DNA of 64,000 bases from Tubulanus polymorphus (lineage: Eukaryota > Animalia > Nemertea): NCBI RefSeq assembly GCF_964204645.1, contig NC_134028.1, forward strand, positions 620,001-684,000. The letters run 5' to 3'. The notes beneath the pieces are model-generated. The model was not told the DNA's origin. It ran no database searches and saw nothing but the letters and a program-made list of their open reading frames with translations. A program made the position numbers and the translations under genes. Below are positions 44,520 through 57,100 of this stretch, in pieces. Within the stretch, counting starts at the first letter, position 1. Each line of letters starts with the position of its first letter.

Positions 44520-45455
44520 TTAGACAAATTTAAACGGTGAAAATGACAAAAAAATTAAAGTTAGACAAAATTCTCCCACCTTGTAAACTTCCGGACTAGT
44601 TACATGAAAAAAGACCAAATATTGTAAAATATAGTTATTTCCAAAATCTCGATGTATTAAATTAGGCAGAAAAAAAATAGATAAAATTATTCAACCTTGT
44701 AAACTTTCGGACTAGTTACATGAAAAAAAGACCAAATATTGTAAAATATAGTTATTTCCAAAATCTCGATGTATTAAATTAGGCAGAAAAAAAATAGATA
44801 AAATTATTCAACCTTGTAAACTTTCGGACTAGTTACATTAAAAAAAGACCAAATATTGTAAAATATAGTTATTTCCAAAATCGCGATGTATTAAATTAGG
44901 CAGAAAAAAATAGATAAAATTATTCAACCTTGTAAACTTTCGGACTAGTTACATGAAAAAAAGACCAAATATTGTAAAATATATTTATTTCCAAAATCTC
45001 GATGTATTAAATTAGGCAGAAAAAAAATAGATAAAATTATTCAACCTTGTAAACTTTCGGACTAGTTACATGAAAAAAGACCAAATATTGTAAAATATAG
45101 TTATTTCCAAATCTCGATGTATTAAATTAGGCAGAAGAAAAAAAATAGATAAAATTATTCAACCTTGTAAACTTTCGGACTAGTTACATAAAAACAAGAC
45201 CAAATATTGTAAAATATAGTTATTTCCAAAATCTCGATAAATTATTAAATTAGGCAGAAAAAAAGTTAACCCCAATCAGTCACTTAATATGTGCTTCGAC
45301 TATTTAAACGGTGAAAACGACCAAAAAAATTGAAGTTAGACAAAATTATTAAACGTTGTAAACTTTCGGACTAGTTACATAAAAAAAGACCAAATATTGT
45401 AAAATTATCTTCAACCTTGTAATATAGTTATTTCCAAAATCAGAATTAGGCAGAA
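44520..45455. repeat. ~117-bp AT-rich tandem array
   Basis: About 6.5 copies of CCTTGTAAACTTTCGGACTAGTTACATGAAAAAAGACCAAATATTG...; bracketed by direct repeat GTTTGAATGAACCGGAA..CCAATTATGT (~44434, ~45465). Confidence 0.93.
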
Positions 45456-46119
45456 TAAAAGATTGTTTGAATGAACCGGAACCGAATTACCAATTATGTT
45501 CTTGGACTTAAAAAAAACGACCGCCGATCAGGCAACTATATCTGTACTTCGATTTCCGATTTTGAAAAAAACCGCCGTTTCGCTCCCGGCAGGTGTGGTA
45601 GGTTTGTAAGGGACACCAACTCAAACGAGAGCTTGAGGTCAACAAATCATCAGAAATCTGCCGATTAGAGAACAGCGCACAGAAGGGGCCGATTCGAATG
45701 AAACTCAAGAACCAACCAACGTAGGAGATCCGATAATGAACACAGCAATCATAGAAGGTACAACTTGAATTGAATTCATCAACTACCATGGAAGAGTCCA
45801 ACGAATTTAACTCATGAACCAACTAGGACAATCCTAGCCGATACTCGGCAATCTTGAAAGGTAAGTTGATTCACATGGAAATTATTATGATTAATGTTAT
45901 ATGAAATATTGTGTGAATACAGGATATTGTCTTTAACTCTTTTCAGCTGAATCACATCTATGAGAAAAAGCCCAACTAAGATCAACTAACCATCTAGAAT
46001 CTACTGATTAAAACAGTCAGCAGAATGAATCCAACTTGAATTTAACTGCTGAAGTCTAGATGAGAAATTCAGCCAGCATCGGTTTATCGCTCACTGATGG
46101 ATTTCTTCTACAATTGGTG

Positions 46120-46252
46120 GAGCAGAGACATTGCGTCTCTCATTACAATTATTCAGGAGCAGCAGAGACAATGCGTATCTTATAAACACTTATTCAGGAG
46201 CAGCACAGACAATGCGTATCTTATAAACACTTTTTCAGGAGCAGCAACGACA
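46120..46252. repeat. 41-bp repeat x3 (TTCAGGAGCAGCAGAGACAATGCGTATCTTATAAACAC)
   Basis: Direct tandem copies. Confidence 0.8.
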
Positions 46253-48681
46253 GTAGAATATGTGAAGTATTGATTTATTTTACGTATCACCTTTTTACAA
46301 ATCAGTCTGATGTGTCTTTACAATCAGTCTTTACAAAATTCACTATCTATTTGAAGGGGCGGAATAAACTAAAGAATAGTTGATTAGTTGTTGAAATGTT
46401 GATTATTAAAATTAGGTAATTTGGGCCCTGGGCCTGAGAAGGAACTATTCATGTTTGAATATTTCAATAAAATGGCATCCTCCTGATTCTTTATACTGAG
46501 TAGGCAAACTGTTTAGATTTGTTAAACAGATGAGTCATTTAAGTCCTTAAAGTTCCTTCTTGGAGTCTCATAAAATTTACGCTCCATTAATTCATGGTAT
46601 CGATCGAGTTCAGCGTATCAGTTTGACTCGTAGGTCGGTTGAAATACACGTAAATTGAGATATAATATCGACAGGATAGTTCAGATAAGCTTCATACTTT
46701 AGTTAAACATAGCTTTGCTTAATTTGTAATAATCATATAGTTCATAGAATGAATTACTCTCTTAGTCTTTATTCGATTATTAATATTAGAAATAGTGATT
46801 TATTTTATATTTTATTGAGTGAAAATGATTTGCATAGCCTAAATGTTCAAAAGGGAGAGCGTAGTCAGTTAAACAGTTGCAACTTTTAAACGCAATAAAG
46901 GATATTGGAACGTTATTAGTTTGATCTCTTGAACTTGATTTTGATCGTTTTAATTTTGTTTATAGCTGTTTTAACTTCTTTCATTGTCATCCACATCATA
47001 AGGTTGAGTGGCTTTCATACTAATCGGGGTGTTTTATAATAAACTATTATTTAGGTGCAGCAGTGAATTTGTAGCACTTTTTTAAAGTGAGCCCATAATT
47101 TCACCGATAAAAAATTCCTGATGATGTAGATTGTAATAATTAGTACAAAATACATGGAACATAATTAAGAAAAATACATTAAAAAAAACAATTAATAAAA
47201 AAAATACATAACAAAAAAAAACAAATTAAATTATAAGTAATAAAAATAAATGAAACCAACAAACAATTAGTAAATATTCTATATAGGGCCTTCATCATCA
47301 GGCATTTTTTCTAATCACTTTAATCCAATTATTAAAGGTTCTTCTTTCATAGAACAACCTTCTCCGTGTTTCCCAACCTCTTGAGATCCTTTCTGTTGTT
47401 GTTTTAAGCATTCTATCGGCTCAGTAATAAACAAAACAAATAACCATAAACCTTAACTAAATCAAACACACTAAAAAATATCTGTTTCGATAGAATGCTT
47501 CAAATAACTGATGAAAGATCACGCGTCCTTTTACCTATATATCACACCCTATCACTGCTGTAACTGTTAATTGTTTTAGGGATAATATCTGGGAGATACA
47601 TTTTACTCTTTTAGAAAGAATGTTAAACAGCTATAAACGTGATTAGTTATCGATAGTAAAATTATTGTCATGTTCTCCCTGAAATAACGTTGTATTAAAT
47701 GAGCGAACTGATAATGTTTGAAAATCTCAGGCAAAGTTAGAAAAACTCTAGTTATCTTGTAAAACTCTAGTTATCTTGGAAAATAATTTTAATGAAAATG
47801 AAAATAAAGATTGATTAGCTAATCTCAAGCTTTCCAGAGTTAATCTTTAGGTTTTATCTCTGATTTTAATGCTTTTATGTTGAACTGTTTTTTTTTTTCA
47901 AATACAGTTCACCCATTGGTTAACGAAGAACTGATAATTCCTCGAATACAAAGCAAAGTTTGCAAAATTTCAGTTTTCTTGTAAAAATAATGTTAATGAA
48001 ATGAAATTAGAGATTGATTATTTGAATGAATTTGTGGTTTTATGTCCAGCTTTAATGTTTATATACTAGAGATATGTTTTGCAGTTTTTTGTATAAACAG
48101 AAATCTTTCTTACATTTTCATTTGCTGTATAGTTGATATGATAGAATGCTTCATATTTCATTAAATAATCAAGTGTCACTCATGCCCGGTGACATCATGA
48201 AATGTCAAATTAATAGTCTTAGACATTCGGACTAGTCCCAATTGTCGGTGTTTTATGGATCAAAGTTTACAATTCTTTGTGTAAATTTGTTATTTTCCTA
48301 TTGATTCAAATTGTATGAATCAGTTGCAGTGGAAATTTGAATAAAAACTTTGAAATACCTTGCATGATATGTGATATTAAAAGCTAGTAATTTTATAATT
48401 GAATAATCTAAGTCATTATTATAAGGCTAAAAATGATACCTTGTTTTTCCTGATCAGGCGGGTCATTTCATAAATCAATGAAATTTGTAATCAGTTAGCC
48501 TAATTTCTATCTGCCGGGTCTGTTATGGTTAGCTTATCATGATTTTAAAGTAATACCTTGGTAGATAGGTGGCCGGCCGGGTCAAATTTTAAAGAGTAAA
48601 AATGTAAATCAGATTGATTCATTAAATCTTACGCTTTCCAGAGTATTTGGCCAGGTTTATCTCTGGTTTTAGTGCGGGGAG

Positions 48682-48796
48682 CCATGGACTCCAACAGTTT
48701 AGAGTCCATGGTTGTAGGCCATAGACGTTTCTGTTTTGAGTCTATGTATGGACCATGGATGTATAAACTCTAGTTTATAGTTTATACATCCATGGT
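48682..48796. other. Cluster of three short CCATRGA-ended hairpins
   Basis: CCATGGACTC/GAGTCCATGG; CATAGAC/GTCTATG; ACCATGGATGTATAAACT/AGTTTATACATCCATGGT. Confidence 0.8.
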
Positions 48797-49346
48797 TGGA
48801 CGGTTTTTGAAATACAGTCCACGTGTTTGAGGAGCTTACGTTATAATTCCTCGAGCACAAACCTGGCATTTTGTATAATTGTTGTACACTGTATGAGAAT
48901 AAATGTGATTGAAATTCTTTATCTGTTTAGCTGCTCTGAACTTTGTTAGTTCACCAGTCAGTGGTTTTTTGTTATCTTGCAATCCACCTCTTTTTTCAAC
49001 CCAATATTCCCACCAACATTGTGCGGAGACGAGGATGTCCGGAAAACATGATAATCGAATATTGGCAATACAGCTTACCACTTCAACCCGGACACACTAA
49101 CACTAGTTGATCGGTTAGAAGCGAGTGTTGAGCTGCCGAAGAGTAATTAGGAAATTAGCAATCGTTTTGATTGTCACTATAGCCATCAGGGGCGGATCCA
49201 GACCGTATTGCCCAATACATTGTTTCTACGGTCTAAAAATTTAAGTGCCCTTCGGCAATATTTTGTGACGGCATATATATTTCCACTGATGATCGGTTTG
49301 ATTTTTATATACAGAAGCAGAGTCCTGAATAGTTAATCGTCTCTAA

Positions 49347-50243
49347 GGTTCGAACCCAGTAAATACCGATACAGATTCAGAGTTGTACTGATGCTGAATA
49401 GAGGATGCACGGGGGTGTCCCGGGTTCAAACCCAGTAATTACTGATACTGATTCAGAGTGGTCCTGATGCTGAATAGAGGATGCACGGGGGTGTCCCGGG
49501 TTCAAACCCAGTAATTAATGATACTGATTCAGAGTGGTACTGATGCTGATTAGATGATGTACAGGGGTGTCCCGGGTTCAAACCCAGTAATTACTGATAC
49601 TGATTCAGAGTGGTACTGATGCTGAATAGAGGATGTACAGGGGTATCCCGGATTCGAACCCATCAATTACTGTGATTCATAGTGGTCCTGATGGATAAAA
49701 GATAAACTGGGGTGTCCCGGGTTCAAACCCAGTAATTACTGATACTGATTCAGAGTTGTGCTGATGCTGAAGAAAGGATGTACAGGGGTGTCCCGACCGT
49801 ACAGTGCTGCCGCTATGCTCATCGTTAGCGGGATTTTCATACACTAACTAAAGTCAACTCTGGCAATCGTCGTGCTGTCCAGTTATACTCCGTGACCTTA
49901 GCTTGCCAGAGTTGACTAACGTTAGTGTATGAAAATCCCGCTAACGATGAGCATAGAGGCAGCACCATACGGTAAAATGTTGATATCTTAACAAAAATAA
50001 TTACTGATAACTGATTCAGAGCGGTACTGATGCTGAATAGAGGATGTACGGGGGTGTCCCGGGTTCAAACCCAGTAATTAATGATACTGATTCAGAGTGA
50101 TACTGATGCTGAATAGAGGATGCACGGGGGTGTCCCGGGTTCAAACCCAGTAATTACTGATACTGATTCAGAGTGGTACTGATGCTGAATAGAGGATGTA
50201 CGGGGGTGTCCCGGATTCGAACCCAGTAATTACTGATACTGAC
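49347..50243 (+). repeat. Second 76-bp tRNA-like satellite array
   Basis: About 9 units, same consensus as 27200-28292; period measured 49411 to 49487. Confidence 0.88.
49796..49973. mobile_element. Second copy of foldback element A
   Basis: Near-identical to 27280-27457, same junctions and same downstream 25-bp linker. Confidence 0.88.
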
Positions 50244-50244
50244 G

Positions 50245-52112
<1,868 letters not shown>

Positions 52113-52457
52113 TTTAACCCGGAAGTAACTCGACACTGACATGTTTGACATGCATCGAAAATGTAAAATGGAGGATGGGATCAACCGGTCTCTTACTGAA
52201 GGTAGAGACCGGCAACCAGTCTAACCCAAATCCTCACCCTAAACCTAAACCTAAACCTTAACTACTTGTACCCGATAGTTTAAGGAATACAAAATTGACA
52301 ATACAAATGAAGTTTTATTTGATAAGATATTTATGATTTATTACAAAATTATAAAGTAAATCACGGAATCGAACTATAATGAAAACACGGAATTGGCATG
52401 AGTCTTACTCGCGACGCGGGCGGTCAAATCAAATTTATAAAAAGTGAAATTGTGTTT

Positions 52458-53518
52458 TCATCTACGCATTACAACACCAATAAACTCTGAAACGAAAATG
52501 AATTAAAACCGTGAACCTCGAGACAATAGTTTTACGATAAATCTGGGGAGACGGGTAGAGGTGAGTACACACGGCGGCTCACAGTCCCTAAATCAAATGG
52601 GTTAGATGTTTAGGAACCGTTGCACTAGCTCAGTGAGATCCCTCAGAAATAGCCCCACCCACCTTCATAATCCAAACGACCTTCTTTATCTATGGTTAAT
52701 TCTTTTAAAAGTTCGTCAACTTCATTTTCAGTTAATACGTCTCCCATTGTGGTCATAGTAGTTCGGAATTCATTCACGTTTAAAGTTCCACATTTCGCTG
52801 GATCCATTTGTAAAAACGCCTCTTTCAATATCTTCTCCAAAGCGTCCGTTGATTTCATATTGCGTGACATGATCGTAGAAAAATCGTCCAAGTCAATGAC
52901 ACCGTGATCTACAGAGCGCGAAATAGAATGGTGAGAAATGACGGAAAATAGTTTAATTCTAAGTCACCTTACCGAACTTACTGTCACGATCCATCTCTTG
53001 AAATATATTACAAATTTGATTCTCTGTTGGCGCTTGCATCAAGCTGCGCATTGTCGACGCCATTTCATCTTTATCGATAAATCCATCTTTATCGGTATCA
53101 AACTGTTCAAACGCCGTCGTTATATCTACAAGTATTTCATAGTTTAGACCCTATATCCAGACACCACGTGCTTTACTTAAATAGATAGATGATTTTTAAG
53201 ATTTTCAATACTGACCCGTGATCTGCTCTTTGCTGAGTTCTATCTCCACCGGGGGTTCTGCATTAGCGTCAGTTGTTTCTGTTGGATTCTCTGCTGACTT
53301 GAGTAGAATAGTTACAACATAATTTATAGGATCTACAGTTAGATCTCGTCCAAATCGGTATCAAAGGTAAAGGTATCACGTTAAAGTTGATACCGGACTG
53401 CGAATCCAGGAAACTGAAGAGTTACCAAATAAATGTTCGTAAGAATCACCGAGTTTTGACCGGTACCGAGTAAGGATGAGTCTACTGTAGGCCTATGAGT
53501 CGGTGGTAGACTTACCAT
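52458..53518 (-). CDS. Divergent calmodulin-like four-EF-hand protein
   Basis: Exons 53518-53516 (ATG|GTAAG, calmodulin-type first intron), 53297-53216, 53125-52982, 52908-52663, 52486-52458; LSKEQI, FDTDKDGFIDKDE, EAF..MD, MGDVLTENEVDE, GRLDYEEF. Confidence 0.9.
53334..53489. mobile_element. Tc1/mariner-type MITE remnant in calmodulin-like intron 1
   Basis: Ends TACAGTTAGATCTC / GAGTCTACTGTA with TA termini; internal ACCGAGTAAG shared with the 92-bp array. Confidence 0.5.
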
Positions 53519-53815
53519 GTTTCTAATTTCTTTCTGATCAACAAGCGATTACGTTATTTCAAACATACGTTGCCATACGCAGTTTCAAATTGTTAGCAGT
53601 TTAGGTTCTGTAAATAGCAATTCCATCCGAATTTTATTTCTAATGTGTGACAGAAGCTAAAACTTTTTCTGCCATGTGGAATATGTGCACTAGGGGCAAT
53701 TCAAATCATTGTACCAGCTCGTGAATCACCATGTGAGTTGATAATAAACTCTGTTAACATAGAATAATTAAATGATCCTTAATTGACACATGTTTATTGA
53801 AGGGAGGAAGAAATG

Positions 53816-53835
53816 CGCCATCTTGGATGACGTCA
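53816..53835. promoter_or_regulatory. YY1/CTCF-like (GCGCCATCTT) and CRE (TGACGTCA) motifs between the divergent calmodulin-like and GALNT genes
   Basis: Motif matches only. Confidence 0.35.
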
Positions 53836-54107
53836 CATGTCATTGATCGCCGGGTGTAGCTATAGCCATAAGACCATTGGCCAAGTTAATGAAATAATTA
53901 GATATATTGTTTTATTTGCACTGACCCTTCATTTTCATAATTCCTGGACCTTACTACATACAGATATTTCGTTACATCCGTTGGTAGCAAATATGATATC
54001 TGGTTTTATGTTTTAAATCTGCGACAAACAGGAAGCCATATTGTAATCGACATATGTGTCACTGTTAGTCGGTGACGTGGCTTGTTTGCTGTTAATCGTT
54101 ACAAAAA

Positions 54108-57100
54108 ATGCCGCTGAGAAAGTTATTAAAACTCTTCAAAACAGTGATTTTATTCATTTGTCTGCTTTTGATTTATAAAGCGTTTGAAAATGTAACGATG
54201 AATCATCGACAAAATGAACGCCAGGAGGAAATAGTGTTTGCGAAACAACTGGAGCAAAAAGTTTTAAAATCGAAACCAAAAGAGAAATTAGCACCTTATT
54301 TCGATCGGTATTATAAACTACTAGCCGAACGAGGAGATAACCTAAACGAACCAGGACAAGGCGGAAAACCCGTGATTTTATTTGGAGATGAGAAAATTCG
54401 AGGTACTGTATTCATATTATCCTGAAATATTGAAAGAAACGTTTTTAGATATTTTTTATCATTTCTTCATTGATCCATTCCTAAATTGGTGATGAACACA
54501 ATCTAACTAGTTATAGGCGTCTAATCGCTTGAACTTAATTTGCGAATGATTTCCTATATAATGCACAATTTGGTTGAGAAAAAAAAGATTACAATTTCAT
54601 ATAGTTTTCACTATGGGCGGGTTAGCGTTCTGGGGCCAGTTGCTCAAAAGCTGGTTACAAATTACAAATATATAATTGATGCAACACAGGAGATAAATCA
54701 TTCAAAGAAACAGCAGTAAATATTGTGGCGAGCGATAAGATTCCAGCTTGGAGAACGTTAAAAGACCTAAGACTTCCTCTGTGAGTTCAATTTCGAAAAA
54801 AGACGATAATTTAATCAATCTACGACGCAACTATTTATTTTTTTCTTGTGTATTTTTCCATAATTAAAGTTGTCATAACATCACGTACGGACCGGAACTG
54901 CCTTCAGCGACGGCAATCATCATCTTTCACAACGAGGACTGGTCACTTTTACAACGTACAATTCATAGCATCGTTAACAGATCACCTCCGCAATATCTGA
55001 AAGAGGTTTTACTGGTTGATGACGCGAGTGATACAGTCACCAGACGTGAGTAAAGTCTATTCCAGGTAAAGCGCGGTTGTTTAGCGGAATTTCCATTTGC
55101 CGAATGATTCTTTTCTGAATATGATAAATATTGTGTTGTCTCCAGTTACCGATATGGGGGCAGCATAGAACTGATGTAGGTAGGCGTTTGAAACTTCCAT
55201 TAGATGTTATGTTCAAGCTATTCGATGTGTGTGTGTCGCTCTTATCGCTATGTATGCATGCGAGGTTTGGGGTTATGAAAATCTTGATTTATTAGAGAAT
55301 CTCCACTCGTTGTACTGCAAAATTTTAATGAAAGTGACAAAAAATTCTCGTAATTTGCAAGTGTTATCAGAACTAGGACGTTATCCTTTATGTATAGAAG
55401 TCAAGCGAAGAATGATTAATTTTTGGATAAAGACAGTATCGGGAAAGGAAACTAAACTAAACTCAATCCTTTACAAAATGTCTTACAATCTGTATCTAAA
55501 CGATAAACATAAGAGTCATTGGTTATTATTTATTAAGAAACCTTTGATGATTGCGGTTTATCTCATATTTGGACACAACAATTTATGGGGAACAGTAGGA
55601 CCTTCTCAAGGCGAATAAAACAGATTCTTTGTGATCAACACCTTCAAAATACCATTTCCACAATAGATGCTAGCCCGACATACATCAATTATAGACAATA
55701 CAAAAATGATATTAAATTAGAAAGATATATTAGTGAACTTGATGAAGTTTATTCGAATTTAGAATTGGGTCTTATCTCTTGCCTGTAAATAATTATCAAA
55801 CCTTCCGTTAGATAGAAATGATAGATTATGTTCGGCTTGTAATGGTTTAGGTGATGAATTGCATTTTATTTTTAACTGCATCCTACTGAATGAAATCCGT
55901 GAAAATATTTTTAATCTGAACTCTTTTGTTTTGGCAATCTTGATATTCTAAAAAATCCTACAATCCACCTTGCAAAATTCATTAAAAAAGGCTTAGATGT
56001 ATATAGATCCCTCCAATAATTAGTATGTTGTAAATAGTGTATGTATATATTGTTAATAACTTTGTTATATTTTATCAAAACAAGTTTATGCATTCTGTTA
56101 ATTGTAAATATTGTATACTTTGTATAAGTCTGCCTCCATGTACCATAGAAATGGTTGGAGTGTAAATAAAATCCTTATCCTAATCCTAATCCTAAGTTCC
56201 CTTATTTTCGGTTATCAAATGTTTGATGATTCATGAGGCATCCGTCACTTGATCCAGTTTTATTTGCAGCATACCTCGGTAGAGAACTGGATGAATATAT
56301 CAGTAATAACTGGCCGGAACCAGCAGGATTCGTGAAGATTGTACGTCAACCAATACGTCAAGGTCTAATCCGTACGCGATCACGTGGTATACGTGAAGCT
56401 ATCGGAGATGTGGTGATTGTGTTAGATTCGCATTGTGAAGTAACGGATGGATGGTTAGAGTTTATACTAGAGCCTCAACTTCCTGGCCTCACCTCAACTC
56501 CCTGGCCTCACCTCAACTCCCTGGCCTCACCTCAACTCCCTGGCCTCACTTCAACTACATGACCTCACTTCAACTCCCTGGCCTCACTTCAACTACCTGG
56601 ACTCTCCTCAACTCTCTGGCCTCACCTCAACTCTCTGGCCTCACTTCAACTACATGACCTCACTTCAACTCCCTGGCTTCACTTCAACTACCTGGCCTCA
56701 CCTCAACTTCCTGGCCTCACCTCAACTACATGACCTCACTTCAACTCACTGGCCTCACCTCAACTCCCTGGCCTCACCTCAACTCCCTGGCCTCACCTCA
56801 ACTCCCTGGCCTCACTTCAACTCCCTGGCCTCACTTCAACTACATGACCTCACTTCAACTCCCTGGCCTCACTTCAACTACCTGGACTCTCCTCAACTCT
56901 CTGGCCTCACCTCAACTCCCTGGCCTCACTTCAACTACATGACCTCACCTCAACTCCCTGGCCTCACCTCAACTCCCTGGCTTCACCTCAACTCCCTGGC
57001 CTCACCTCAACTTCCTGGCCTCACCTCAACTCCCTGGCCTCAACTCTCCTCAACTCTCCTCAAATCCCTCGCCGCAAAGGTAGCATCTATTTCCTATTCT

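Noticed and set aside
48836-49081. C1-domain-like H-x12-C-x2-C peptide ending at a GTAAGC donor
   Set aside because: The segment aligns with the non-coding degenerate repeat at ~47900-47970, and no exon supplies the second half of a C1 domain
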